Shown: piece by piece, positions 20,160 through 30,016 of the stretch
Layout: each line of letters opens with the position of its first letter
Numbering within the stretch: position 1 is the first letter of the stretch
Origin: Dehalococcoidia bacterium
Lineage (GTDB): Bacteria > Chloroflexota > Dehalococcoidia > Plut-88900
Assembly: GCA_965249275.1 (NCBI GenBank)
Contig: CBDFLQ010000006.1
Coordinates: 544,001-608,000, forward strand
Length of the DNA stretch: 64,000 nt
Reading direction: 5' to 3'
Translations under genes and position numbers: made by a program
Notes under the pieces: generated by a model
What the model was told of the DNA's origin: nothing
What the model saw: the letters and a program-made list of their open reading frames with translations, nothing else
Databases searched by the model: none

Positions 20160-21692
20160 ATGTCCCTGAAAGTTAAGTTTGTATTCGCCGTCCTACTATT
20201 AGTGAGTATCTGTGTACTGGCCTCCTGCCGTGGACAGGAGGCCGTTCCTCTGGACACACCCACAGCCCCAGTACTCACGCCTACGGCACAATCCACACCG
20301 AACACACCGGCTACCGCGCAGGCAAGCCCTCTCCCAACCGCCGCTCCTCCGTCCGTTTCGCCGCCACCCTCCCCAACTCCTCTTCCTACCTACACAACCG
20401 CCACGGTCACCCCTATTCCCATTTACACTCCTGTGCCCAAACCAGCCGCAACCCCAGCCACCACGCCGATCCCAACCCCGACCTCAACGCCTATTCTTGT
20501 TCCCACGCCCACACCTACCCCGATAGTCTTATACGTCCAGGGCTGGGACAGACTCCGCAATTGGGGGTGGGTGGAGAGTATTCGTCCCCTGCTAGCGTCC
20601 GCGATTAAGTCAACATCGTGGATAGAAGACGGGATAAGCGACGAGGTTGAACGTAAGGCCGCACAAAACCTTTTGGATATGGCTTCCTGGACTGATATGG
20701 ACCTACCCACCCTCGTACATATTCTTGAATCCCCTTTTCTCGAAACCCTGACACCTTCCGATGCCTGGACATTGCACGAGTTGAGGAACTACGCCGAATA
20801 CGAACAGGACTACTTTGCCCGACTTATGGAGCTACCGTCTATTCAAGACGGAATAGACGATACCGAGGCCAAGATTATCGGTGCCCTGTGGCCGTTTGAC
20901 TACGACAGGAATTTGCGGGCAATGATAGAACCGGCGTACACAATTGAGCGTAGTATCGACTTTCCAATATCAGGCCCCACAGACCTAACGGTGTTGCGAT
21001 TGGGACAACCACCTGCCGAGATGACCTTTAACCGTCTGGAAGAGGTAATTCGCCATATGGAGGCGGTACTGCAACAGCCTCTACCCGACAACAATATCTT
21101 ACTCATACTTTCCGACAAGGTTTATAACAGTCGTGGAGGGCCGCCTTTGGAGGGCGATTACTCAGGACTCAAGTTCGGGGGGCAAATGGTAATACTAGAG
21201 ACGTTTGACACGACTGCAACTAACATTCTGGGCGCAACCGGCATCATTGCACATGAGACGGCCCACTACTACTTTTTAAGAGGCCCCCACTGGCTGGTCG
21301 AAGGTTTTGCCGAGGGTGCGCGGGCAGTCGTGGAGTCGTCTATCACAGGGAAACCCTTGGACTTAAATGACCCAAGCCTAGCACTATGTCCCGATGTCAG
21401 TACCTTTAGGGAGCTAGAGGATGCGCGCATAAGGGTAAATGATGATGAAGACGCCATTGTGTCCAAACTGGATGTTTGGGGTTCAGCTAACGGAGGTGGT
21501 CTCGGTCATTGCTCAGGACATTTTGGCAAACGTGCTTTTGTACAGCTATACCTTGAACTGGACTCCGACCAGTTCCACAAGGGGCTGCAAGAACTGTTGA
21601 CCAAAACGGCTGTATTTACTAACACGGAAGAGGCCACAGTAGAGGATGTTATTTCAGCATTTGGTCCAGTGGCAGAAAAGATATTTGGATGA
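20160..21692 (+). CDS. Lipoprotein with PT linker and gluzincin-like metallopeptidase domain
   Basis: Lipobox VLASC, PT repeats, IAHETAHYY...WLVEGFAE; upstream TTGACA-17-TAGTCT (19973-20001). Confidence 0.8.
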   Translation: MSLKVKFVFAVLLLVSICVLASCRGQEAVPLDTPTAPVLTPTAQSTPNTPATAQASPLPTAAPPSVSPPPSPTPLPTYTTATVTPIPIYTPVPKPAATPATTPIPTPTSTPILVPTPTPTPIVLYVQGWDRLRNWGWVESIRPLLASAIKSTSWIEDGISDEVERKAAQNLLDMASWTDMDLPTLVHILESPFLETLTPSDAWTLHELRNYAEYEQDYFARLMELPSIQDGIDDTEAKIIGALWPFDYDRNLRAMIEPAYTIERSIDFPISGPTDLTVLRLGQPPAEMTFNRLEEVIRHMEAVLQQPLPDNNILLILSDKVYNSRGGPPLEGDYSGLKFGGQMVILETFDTTATNILGATGIIAHETAHYYFLRGPHWLVEGFAEGARAVVESSITGKPLDLNDPSLALCPDVSTFRELEDARIRVNDDEDAIVSKLDVWGSANGGGLGHCSGHFGKRAFVQLYLELDSDQFHKGLQELLTKTAVFTNTEEATVEDVISAFGPVAEKIFG

Positions 21693-21756
21693 GGTCTTAA
21701 TGATTACCAGGTCGCTAGGTCATGTACCAATAAGCTAACAATAGGGAAGGCAAAGA

Positions 21757-22044
21757 ATGTGCATCTTAAAGAACCAGTTCAAGACATATCGACGCCGACG
21801 CTGGCGAGGCGGTTCCAGACGACAGGGGCCTCCCTGGGAGGCGGTGGCAATAGCCGCAGTGCCCGACTGGGTAAAGCGTGCTACCAGTCGGGCAACAAGT
21901 TTGCAGGAAGGGCAGTCCCGAGAAATGACCGTCAACGGCAGGACGTTCCAGTACAAGGTATCGGCCACCCAACACCCTCAGCGATGGCAGGGGGATTCGG
22001 GCCTGGAAGTGAACTACTACAAGAGATTACGGCGAGGCCGATAA
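21757..22044 (+). CDS. Hypothetical basic protein
   Basis: ORF in a run of same-strand small ORFs. Confidence 0.4.
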   Translation: MCILKNQFKTYRRRRWRGGSRRQGPPWEAVAIAAVPDWVKRATSRATSLQEGQSREMTVNGRTFQYKVSATQHPQRWQGDSGLEVNYYKRLRRGR

Positions 22045-22083
22045 CACCACCACCCTGCCCGCGTGGTCGGCCGAGGGATACCA

Positions 22084-22251
22084 GTGATAAAGCGCATCCT
22101 AAAATATGTGTGGGGCAGTTCCTGCATCCTCTACGCCCTAAGCGTAGTGTCAGCCCTGCTCCTGGGTTACTGGGATTGGTGGGTGCTACTGGTAGCCGTG
22201 TTGGGGGTGGTTACCTTTGGGATATGGCGGCGGGTTTCACGGGGCCAGTAA
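22084..22251 (+). CDS. Small 2-TM protein
   Basis: GAGGG RBS before GTG; hydrophobic hairpin. Confidence 0.5.
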   Translation: MIKRILKYVWGSSCILYALSVVSALLLGYWDWWVLLVAVLGVVTFGIWRRVSRGQ

Positions 22252-22255
22252 CAGC

Positions 22256-22552
22256 ATGACGCAACCCTGGGAAAACACCAAGCTTCCGGAACCCCATGAC
22301 CCGATGTACACGTGCCCCGGCCCCGGCTGGCACAGCGAAGGGCTCTACTATGACCATGACCTCCGGTGGATGCAGGGTAAGCCTGATACCCGCCATCCCC
22401 AAGACGGCTTTTACTGCGATTCCTGTATTCATGCCGCGGAGCGAGAGGCTGGAAAGGGCAGCCGACCGGAAGTTGTATTGGGGCCGACATTGTATGAGGC
22501 GGTACTGCGGAAGCGGGGGCTGGCAACCACTAAACAGGCGACCAACATATAG
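22256..22552 (+). CDS. Small Cys/His protein
   Basis: YTCPGPGWH...FYCDSC. Confidence 0.55.
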   Translation: MTQPWENTKLPEPHDPMYTCPGPGWHSEGLYYDHDLRWMQGKPDTRHPQDGFYCDSCIHAAEREAGKGSRPEVVLGPTLYEAVLRKRGLATTKQATNI

Positions 22553-22573
22553 TTAGGAAAGGCGGGGGGTTAA

Positions 22574-23461
22574 ATGGGTGTACCGGACATTTCTTATGCG
22601 GCCGAGGTGGCAAAAAAAGTCGCCCATGATTTTTACACCGACCAGTTAGACCTATCCGACAGGGCTGCGGGACCGGGACGGGCATGGTCCCGTATGCCAG
22701 AAGTTGAATGTGTAACCCGCCTGCGTAGGTCGGGAGTGTCACCCAGAACCATTCGGTTGTTTTTGACGTTTATTGCGGCCATGAACCGTCCCCGGGACTC
22801 CGCCCGCCTTTGGAATAACGGTGTCCAGTTGTTTTACCAGTACCCGGAACTATTTGACCCCGCGGAGACCTCGGTGATGCCGCTTGCCAGTGTCCGCCGG
22901 TACCTCTCGCAATATGGGGTTAGTCTACGTCACGAATCAGACTCTTTTGCATGGCACGTTATTGCCCGCAACCTTACCCATGACAACCCAATACGTCGGG
23001 TGGTAAATGATGGGGTTGGAAACGCCGGTGAGTTGCTCCAGTACCTTCATACCAGCTCCCAGGAGCAAACCCGATTCCCATTGCTTAGAGGGCCGAAAAT
23101 TGGCCCCATGTGGATGCGTATGCTGGTTGCTCCGGGTGGGGCCACCATAGCCAACATGGACATCATTCCGGTTGCGGTAGACGTGCATGTTTGCCGCGCT
23201 ACCAAGAACCTTGGAGTGGCTGACACTGGGGGTTTGTCTAGGCGGGCGTCCAGACAACTGGTTCAGGACACATGGCAGGCCGCTGTAGCCAAAACGGATA
23301 TTGGAGGCCCGCCAGGTATAGCCAACACTTGTGCCGCCCTTGATCCGGCTCTTTGGGTGTTTGGGAAATTTGGGTGCGGGTATTGTATGCGGTTGCCGGA
23401 GCCGATACCTATTGGTCGGGCCTGCGATCACTGCCAGCTTCGTGGTTCAAGCGATAGCTGA
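22574..23461 (+). CDS. HhH-GPD superfamily DNA glycosylase-like protein
   Basis: LRGPKIGPMW (HhH Lys), PVAVDVHV (catalytic Asp), LDPALW, C-terminal CxxC-x12-CxxC. Confidence 0.75.
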   Translation: MGVPDISYAAEVAKKVAHDFYTDQLDLSDRAAGPGRAWSRMPEVECVTRLRRSGVSPRTIRLFLTFIAAMNRPRDSARLWNNGVQLFYQYPELFDPAETSVMPLASVRRYLSQYGVSLRHESDSFAWHVIARNLTHDNPIRRVVNDGVGNAGELLQYLHTSSQEQTRFPLLRGPKIGPMWMRMLVAPGGATIANMDIIPVAVDVHVCRATKNLGVADTGGLSRRASRQLVQDTWQAAVAKTDIGGPPGIANTCAALDPALWVFGKFGCGYCMRLPEPIPIGRACDHCQLRGSSDS

Positions 23462-23481
23462 ACCGATGGTAGTGGTTATTC

Positions 23482-24009
23482 TTATCGTTTGCGTTTATTT
23501 TGTCGTCGACGTGGCCCTCGAAGTTGACTCTTTAGCTTTATTTGAGACATGCCGACCACATTACTATCGTGTAAGCGTAGAGTGACGGTCTGATTAACAA
23601 AGTCGACAAGTAAATTCACCACTCCCAGGACATCCATTCCCAATAGCGACGGCGCCCCTTTATTTCGAACTATGGCATAATGGTTTTTAACAGTGGGGCC
23701 TATACCAATGGCTCGTCGAACCTGTACGTTGCCCATGTGTAAAATCACGTCTTCTTTTGCGTACTTAGTTGTACCTCCTACACCCGTCGCCTCTAATTGT
23801 GCGGAATACAAGTTTCCCATAGGGATTCCTAGGTTTTCGATATCCCCAGGGTGAAGGGTTGTGGTATCTGCGCCAGTGTCCACTAGAAATGACACTGGGG
23901 CTTTAATGTTAAACCTCGGAATCTCCAGTAAGATAGAAACGAAAGGCCGACCGCTAATTTGGCCAGCCCTTGTTAGTTTTAATCCAAAGTACCCGTTAAT
24001 AATGGTCAC
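23482..24009 (-). CDS. Retropepsin-like aspartyl protease (copy 2)
   Basis: FLVDTGADTT, GVGG flap, SLLGMDVL. Confidence 0.88.
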   Translation of the reverse strand: MTIINGYFGLKLTRAGQISGRPFVSILLEIPRFNIKAPVSFLVDTGADTTTLHPGDIENLGIPMGNLYSAQLEATGVGGTTKYAKEDVILHMGNVQVRRAIGIGPTVKNHYAIVRNKGAPSLLGMDVLGVVNLLVDFVNQTVTLRLHDSNVVGMSQIKLKSQLRGPRRRQNKRKR

Positions 24010-24248
24010 AAAATAAAGTCACTGGGTGTTCTAGTGAGAAACACCACTGCCAAGTTTTTGTTGTCGTGCTTTGATCGAGCTTTTTTCAGGGCTACAGTAA
24101 GTTCGGGGTGTTGACTGACGATTTTTCCACCATAAGCCACTACCCATGACTCCGGGTATTTCTCCAGTAACTCCGGGCGCTTAGCCTGAATTAAGATTTG
24201 GTCTTTGTCAAACTGTTCTACAATAGCCCGCGTAGAAACTTCGGCCAT
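24006..24248 (-). CDS. DUF5678-like small protein (copy 2)
   Basis: ELLEKYPESWVVAYGGKIV; GTGA overlap with protease. Confidence 0.8.
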   Translation of the reverse strand: MAEVSTRAIVEQFDKDQILIQAKRPELLEKYPESWVVAYGGKIVSQHPELTVALKKARSKHDNKNLAVVFLTRTPSDFIL

Positions 24249-24540
24249 GTCAACCCCCTATCAGCAAAAAATAAAAGACATTTACTATAATACCGCAGTC
24301 AAGACCCTAATTAAAGTAAGGGCATTTGCCTTAAACTAAAGCATTTGCCTTTGAAAACACTGTATTTGGCACAGTGGAAAAACAATGATGGGTACCTTTC
24401 AACACCCTCCAAAAACCCCGCACCTGCCAGCCGCCTACCCCGATTACTCCGCTTGCCAGATAGACTAACATGGGTTAGTTTTATACCTGTAGCTTAACGT
24501 AACCGCAATTATGTGCCTCCCTCAAGGGCCTCAATCTGCC

Positions 24541-24625
24541 TTGCAATAAGTCGGCTCCCTCTGATATAATCGGCCCAACTTAAGGCCAGTTCGTGGAAGA
24601 AGTGGGGAGCACCCCACTTTTTTTA
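24541..24625 (+). promoter_or_regulatory. nusA operon promoter and rimP-type leader hairpin
   Basis: TTGCAA..TATAAT, then AAGTGGGG-AGCA-CCCCACTT followed by a T-run. Confidence 0.7.
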
Positions 24626-24664
24626 ATACGGCCCAAAAGTCCGGATTGGAGGGTATAGGCCGGT

Positions 24665-26386
24665 ATGAAAAGCGATTTCCTAATCGCGGTAACTCAGCTT
24701 GCCTCTGAGAGAAATTTGCCGCGCGAAGTGGTTATTTCCGCTATCGAAGCTGCCCTCGTCTCCGTCTACAAGAGAGAGGGCGAGACCGCAGGCCAGAACC
24801 TGTCGGTCAAGATCCTCCCCACCACCGGCGAGGTGAAAGTCGCCGCGCTGAAGACGGTCGTCGAAGAGGTGACCGATACAGACCTGGAAATTACTTCCAA
24901 AGAGGCGAACAAATACAAGAAGGGCGCGGCCATCGGCGAGATCATCGAGATTGAGTCGACGGGCCAATTCGCCGGCAGGATCGCTGCCCAGACGGCCAAA
25001 CAGGTCGTTATGCAGCGCCTTCGGGAAGCCGAGCGTGAACTGGTCTACCAGGAGTTCTCCGACAAGGAGGGCGAGATAGCCAGCGCCATCGTCCAGCGCC
25101 TCGAGCCCAGGCAGGTGATCGTCGACATCGACAAGACGGAAGCCGTTATGCCCGCGCCCGAGATTCCACCCAATGAGCGGTGCCGACCGGGACAGAGAAT
25201 GAAGGTCCTGGTACTTGAAGTAAGCCGCAGTGTGAAGGGCCCGCAGGTTATCGTATCCCGGACCCACAAAGACCTGGTCAAACGCCTATTCGAGTTGGAA
25301 GTGCCGGAGGTCTACAACGGCACGGTGGAGATCCGTTCCATCGCCCGGGAGGCGGGTTACCGGACCAAGGTGGCGGTCTCGGCGCGGCAGGAGGGCATAG
25401 ACCCCGTCGGGTCATGCGTGGGCCTGCGAGGTATCCGAATACAGAACATAGTCAACGAGCTCCACGGCGAAAAGATTGACGTAGTGCAGTGGGACAGGGA
25501 TCCATCCGCCTTCATTGCCAACTCCCTAAGCCCGGCCCAGGTGGCTCGGGTGGAGATCGAAGAAGAGGAAGAGTCCGCAGTAGTAGTCGTGGCAGATCGG
25601 CACCTGTCTCTGGCCATAGGCAAGGAAGGGCAGAACGCCCGGCTAGCCGCAAAACTCACGGGGTGGCGCATCGACATCAAGGGTGTCAGCGACGCCGGTG
25701 AGAGCAAGATACGAGCGGCAGCCATCGCAGCCCTTACCCGGCCGGCGCCCACGGTTGAAGAGCCTACCCCCGACCCCGTGGCCCTCGAGGTTGAGACTCC
25801 CGAGCCGGAGGAATTGGCCGCAGTAGCTGCAGGGGTGCTCGAAGAGGCAGCAGCCGTAGTTGAAGAGGCCGCCGCTGCACTGGCCGAACCGGTCATTGAA
25901 GTGGAGCCCGCGGAACTGCTGGATATTGAAGAGGCCCCGGCGCCGGAAGAGCTGGCCCCGGTAGCCGAGTTGGCGCCCATCGCCGAACCCGAGCCGGTAT
26001 TCGAAGAGGTGGCCGTGCCCGCCTTCCCCGAACCCGCTCCCCAAGCCATTGAGGATATCTGGCCAAGCACCGAGCAAGAGATTTATCGCCCTGCTACCGA
26101 GCTCAGGTTCGCTGAGGACCTGGACATCTTCATTCCAGGCCGTGGTGGCAACAAATCCAAGGGCAAGAAGCGCAAAGGTGCGAAGAGAGGAAGAGGTCCG
26201 GGCGGCGGGCCGTCCAGAGGCCCGGGCGGCGGGATGTCCAGAGGTCCAGGTGGTGGTGGACCGTCCAGAGGCCCGGGTGGTGGAGGTGGACCGTCCAGAG
26301 GTTCGGGGGGTGGAGGCGGGCCATCCAGAGGTCCGGGGGGTGGCAGCTTCGCTCCATTCCCCATCTCGCCAAGGACCCGTCGGTAG
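24665..26386 (+). CDS. nusA: Transcription termination factor NusA with long low-complexity tail
   Basis: [44 protein letters not shown]. Confidence 0.97.
   Translation: MKSDFLIAVTQLASERNLPREVVISAIEAALVSVYKREGETAGQNLSVKILPTTGEVKVAALKTVVEEVTDTDLEITSKEANKYKKGAAIGEIIEIESTGQFAGRIAAQTAKQVVMQRLREAERELVYQEFSDKEGEIASAIVQRLEPRQVIVDIDKTEAVMPAPEIPPNERCRPGQRMKVLVLEVSRSVKGPQVIVSRTHKDLVKRLFELEVPEVYNGTVEIRSIAREAGYRTKVAVSARQEGIDPVGSCVGLRGIRIQNIVNELHGEKIDVVQWDRDPSAFIANSLSPAQVARVEIEEEEESAVVVVADRHLSLAIGKEGQNARLAAKLTGWRIDIKGVSDAGESKIRAAAIAALTRPAPTVEEPTPDPVALEVETPEPEELAAVAAGVLEEAAAVVEEAAAALAEPVIEVEPAELLDIEEAPAPEELAPVAELAPIAEPEPVFEEVAVPAFPEPAPQAIEDIWPSTEQEIYRPATELRFAEDLDIFIPGRGGNKSKGKKRKGAKRGRGPGGGPSRGPGGGMSRGPGGGGPSRGPGGGGGPSRGSGGGGGPSRGPGGGSFAPFPISPRTRR
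26192..26345 (+). repeat. In-frame tandem repeat encoding about six (S)RGPGGG(G)P units
   Basis: TCCAGAGG recurs five times at 24-30 bp spacing. Confidence 0.9.
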
Positions 26387-26437
26387 CCGGGTTGGAGGGG
26401 TCGGATTTTCCGACCCAGGCAGAAACGGTAAGTAAGG

Positions 26438-26755
26438 TTGGCTAAGAATATCGCTGTAAAACAGAAACGTTTGCCGCCGCAGCGCACCTGCGTCTCATGC
26501 CGCAGGGTGATGGACAAGCGTACATTGGTCAGGCTCGTACGCACGCCCGAGGGGGAAATCGAAATAGACGCTAGCGGCAAGATGTCGGGCAGGGGAGCAT
26601 ACCTGTGTTCTGACTACCAATGCTGGCACGGCGCAGTCGGCTCCCAGCGTCTGGCACGCGCCCTAAAGTGCAGCATCCCCCCAGACTCCTTGAACGCCTT
26701 TAAGGATTACGCAGAGAAGCTAAATCCAGAGGTGTTGGCAACTTCAAAGAATTGA
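26438..26755 (+). CDS. ylxR: YlxR/RnpM family protein
   Basis: PQRTCVSCR, LVRLVR, GRGAYLC. Confidence 0.93.
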   Translation: MAKNIAVKQKRLPPQRTCVSCRRVMDKRTLVRLVRTPEGEIEIDASGKMSGRGAYLCSDYQCWHGAVGSQRLARALKCSIPPDSLNAFKDYAEKLNPEVLATSKN

Positions 26756-26799
26756 AATAGCAGGTCCGGGCCTAGAACCCGGAGCATCCGAGCAATATA

Positions 26800-28629
26800 T
26801 TGGTTTCAAGACAGTCCAATCCCCCAAGAAGCAGGACGGTCCGACAAGGTGTTAACGTCGAGACCCGGCCGGTGTCTGGGCCTCCCTTGGAGATCCCGAG
26901 CGCCATAGCGGTCCAGTCCTTATCCGAACTCATGCGGGCCAGCGGCATCGAGGTCATCAAGCAGTTGATGCGCCGCGGGGTAATGGCGAATATCACCCAG
27001 GTGATCGACTACGAGACCGCCTCTATCATCGCCACAGACTTTGGTTTCTCTCCACAACTGGAGGAGAGAAAGGGCACGAGTGTCAGGGATACCAGCGACG
27101 CGGAAGCAGCGGACGAAGATGAAAATCTCGTGCCGCGGGCCCCGATAGTCACCATCCTGGGCCACGTAGACCACGGAAAGACTTCGCTGCTGGACGTTAT
27201 CAGAAACACCTCCGTTACCACTTCCGAAAAGGGAGGCATAACCCAGCACATCGGCGCCTACCAGGTGAGCGTGGACGGTCAGCCCGTCACCTTCCTGGAC
27301 ACGCCGGGCCACCAGGCCTTTACGGCCATGAGGGCCCGCGGGGCCCAGGTAACGGACATAGCTATCCTAGTTGTTGCCGCGGACGACGGCGTTATGCCGC
27401 AAACCCGAGAGGCCATTGACCACGCCAAGGCGGCGAAGGTCCCGATCATCGTAGCCATAAACAAGATGGACATGGCCGGGGCCAATCCGGACCGAATAAA
27501 ACAGCAGCTTTCCGAACTAGGGCTTATCCCGGAGGAGTGGGGCGGGGACACGATAGTCGTGCCCTTATCGGCGAAAACCCAGGAGGGGATACCGGACCTG
27601 CTGGAAAACATCGTCCTGGTCGCCGAGGTAGGCGAGTTGAAGAGCAATCCGGATGGGATGGCCCGGGGCGTAGTGGTTGAGGCTAAGCTGGACTCGGCCA
27701 GAGGACCTATCGCCACCGTGTTAATCCAATCCGGCACCCTAAAGGCGGGAGCCCGATTCTTCGCCGGTGAGACTAAGGGTAAAGTCCGCGCCCTGTTCGA
27801 CCATCAGGGGCAGCGGCTCTGGGAGGCCGGCCCCGCATTCCCCGTCGAGGTGCTGGGGTTCGACAGCGTACCCAGGACGGGGGACATCCTGACCGGTGTG
27901 GAGGCGGGGCGAAAGTCTACCTCTGCTTCAGAGCGGCGTGAGCGTCAGATGGCAGTCCGGGACGAATGGCACGGTGACGCCGAGGCCCTCCAAGCCCAGG
28001 TCCGTGTCGGTTACAGCAAGGAGCTCAACGTAATCCTGAAGACGGACGTGGAGGGCAGCGGAGAGGCACTGCGAAGCGCCCTGGAAGATCTATCCACGGA
28101 TGAGGTGGCGGTCAAGATCATTCGCACCAGCAGTGGAATAGTCACCGAGACCGACGTCCTTCTAGCTTCCGCCTCTGACGCAGTGATCCTGGGATTCAAC
28201 ACCAAGGACGATGCCGGGGCCAGGCGATTGGCCGACCTTGAGGATGTGAACATCCGCCACTATGACATCATCTACGGCATGCTGGACTTCGTTTCCGCCG
28301 CCGTATCCGGGATGCTGGAGCCGGTCTACAAGGAGACGGTCGAGGCCAGGGCGTTGGTCAAGGAAGTGTTCGAGGTGAAGGGTGGCAAGGCGGCAGGTAT
28401 AGGCGTAGGCGAAGGCAGGTTGAGCCGCAACGCTCTAATCCGCGTCTTACGGAAGGGCAGCGTAGTCCACGAGGGCAGGATAAAGAGCTTGCGCCACTTC
28501 AAGGACAACGTCAGGGAGATCGCCTCGGGGTCCGAGGGAGGCCTCGGGTTGGACGGGTTCGACAGCTTCGAAGCCGGAGACGAATTGGTCGCCTTCCGTA
28601 AAGAGCTGGTTCCCAACACAGCCAACTGA
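26800..28629 (+). CDS. infB: Translation initiation factor IF-2
   Basis: [27 protein letters not shown]. Confidence 0.98.
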   Translation: MVSRQSNPPRSRTVRQGVNVETRPVSGPPLEIPSAIAVQSLSELMRASGIEVIKQLMRRGVMANITQVIDYETASIIATDFGFSPQLEERKGTSVRDTSDAEAADEDENLVPRAPIVTILGHVDHGKTSLLDVIRNTSVTTSEKGGITQHIGAYQVSVDGQPVTFLDTPGHQAFTAMRARGAQVTDIAILVVAADDGVMPQTREAIDHAKAAKVPIIVAINKMDMAGANPDRIKQQLSELGLIPEEWGGDTIVVPLSAKTQEGIPDLLENIVLVAEVGELKSNPDGMARGVVVEAKLDSARGPIATVLIQSGTLKAGARFFAGETKGKVRALFDHQGQRLWEAGPAFPVEVLGFDSVPRTGDILTGVEAGRKSTSASERRERQMAVRDEWHGDAEALQAQVRVGYSKELNVILKTDVEGSGEALRSALEDLSTDEVAVKIIRTSSGIVTETDVLLASASDAVILGFNTKDDAGARRLADLEDVNIRHYDIIYGMLDFVSAAVSGMLEPVYKETVEARALVKEVFEVKGGKAAGIGVGEGRLSRNALIRVLRKGSVVHEGRIKSLRHFKDNVREIASGSEGGLGLDGFDSFEAGDELVAFRKELVPNTAN

Positions 28630-28688
28630 TCCCAACCCCATGTCCCCGTTCATCCCCGACCATCCGGCGCGCCACGGGAGCCCCAACC

Positions 28689-29063
28689 ATGAGTAGGCGA
28701 ACTCTAAGAATCAATGAGCTTCTGCGCGAGGAGCTGAGCGTTCTGCTCCAGAGGAACGTGCGGGACCCAAGGCTCAACCGAATGCTCTCCATAACCTCCG
28801 TGTCAGTGTCCAACGATCACAAGGCGGCTACGGTCCACGTGAGCGCCATGGGCACTGACGACGAGAAGTCGGAGGTTTTTCAAGGGCTTAAGGCCGCCGG
28901 CAGCTATCTACGCAAAAGCCTGGGGGACCGGCTCTCGCTCCGATACATACCCCGTCTCGACTTCCAGATGGACGACTCTATCGAACGCGGGGCGAGGCTA
29001 AACAGCATCATAAACAACCTTGATCTCCCCGAAGAAGACCCGGAGGCGGCAAGCGAGATTTGA
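28689..29063 (+). CDS. rbfA: Ribosome-binding factor A
   Basis: RINELL, VRDPRL, LRYIPRL.F..DDSIE. Confidence 0.95.
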   Translation: MSRRTLRINELLREELSVLLQRNVRDPRLNRMLSITSVSVSNDHKAATVHVSAMGTDDEKSEVFQGLKAAGSYLRKSLGDRLSLRYIPRLDFQMDDSIERGARLNSIINNLDLPEEDPEAASEI

Positions 29064-30016
29064 GCGTTTCAGGAATACTAAACCTCAACAAGCCAATCGA
29101 TTGCACGTCTTTCGACATGGTGAAGCGTATCAGAAGGCTGTCCGGGGAGAAGAAGGTGGGCCACGGGGGAACTCTCGACCCCCTGGCCTCGGGGGTGCTG
29201 CCCATATGTATGGGCCGGGCGACCCGGGTGAGCGAGTTTCTAGCCGACTCCAGCAAGACCTACCGCGCCGTCGTTACCTTTGGCGCCGCCACGGACACCT
29301 ATGACGCCGAGGGTAAGGTAACCGAGGAAAAGGATGCCTCCCACCTTACTCGGGAGATAGTGGAGGAGTCGCTAGGCCCGTTCCGCGGCATCATCATGCA
29401 GGAACCCCCTATGTACAGCGCCCTCAAGCACGAGGGCAAGCGTCTCTACGAGCTGGCACGGGAGGGGATAACGGTAGAGCGACCCAAACGTGAGACGGCC
29501 GTACACAAGCTGGAAATCATAGACTGGGACCCGCCCCGTGCAACTATTTACGTAGACTGCGGCCGAGGCACGTACGTGCGGTCACTGGCCCATGACATAG
29601 GCCAGGACCTGGAGGTGGGGGCGCATCTGACGGAGCTCGTGAGGCTGCGTACTGGGCCCTTCGATATACAGGACTCGGTCACACTCGAGCAGTTCGAGGA
29701 GGCCGTGGACAACGGGCGTTGGGAGGACCTTATTTTCCCGACGGACTTCGCTATGTCCAACATGCCCGCCGCAATACTTGACCGGAAGGGGGAAAGAGCC
29801 GCAACCAACGGCCAGCCGATCCCAGTCTCCTACCCCGACTACGACAGGATAACCACCGCGGCGGCACAACTATCGAACGCCTTCCGAGAGCCCGGCGAGC
29901 TGATCCTCTGTCGAGCCTATTCACTGGACGGCCGTTTTCTCGCCGTGATCTCGGCGCCCACGCCCCGGGGCCCGTGGAGCCCCAAGCGGGTCTTCGCCCC
30001 GCAGGAAGAGGGCTGA
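29060..30016 (+). CDS. truB: tRNA pseudouridine(55) synthase
   Basis: KVGHGGTLDPLASGVL, PPMYSALK, GTYVRSL. Confidence 0.97.
   Translation: MSVSGILNLNKPIDCTSFDMVKRIRRLSGEKKVGHGGTLDPLASGVLPICMGRATRVSEFLADSSKTYRAVVTFGAATDTYDAEGKVTEEKDASHLTREIVEESLGPFRGIIMQEPPMYSALKHEGKRLYELAREGITVERPKRETAVHKLEIIDWDPPRATIYVDCGRGTYVRSLAHDIGQDLEVGAHLTELVRLRTGPFDIQDSVTLEQFEEAVDNGRWEDLIFPTDFAMSNMPAAILDRKGERAATNGQPIPVSYPDYDRITTAAAQLSNAFREPGELILCRAYSLDGRFLAVISAPTPRGPWSPKRVFAPQEEG

Larger units (their letters stand above)
16212..24524. mobile_element. 8.3-kb cargo transposon/island with terminal inverted repeats and flanking direct repeat
   Basis: Left end TGAGGGAGGCACATAATTGCGATTACGTCAAG (16212-16243) vs reverse complement of 24493-24524 TGAGGGAGGCACATAATTGCGGTTACGTTAAG (30/32 identical); AGGGCC at 16206-16211 and 24525-24530; AT-richer interior. 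Confidence 0.85.

Noticed and set aside
26192-26345. Regularly spaced repeat that could suggest a CRISPR array
   Set aside because: In-frame coding repeat in nusA, with no unique spacers and no cas genes
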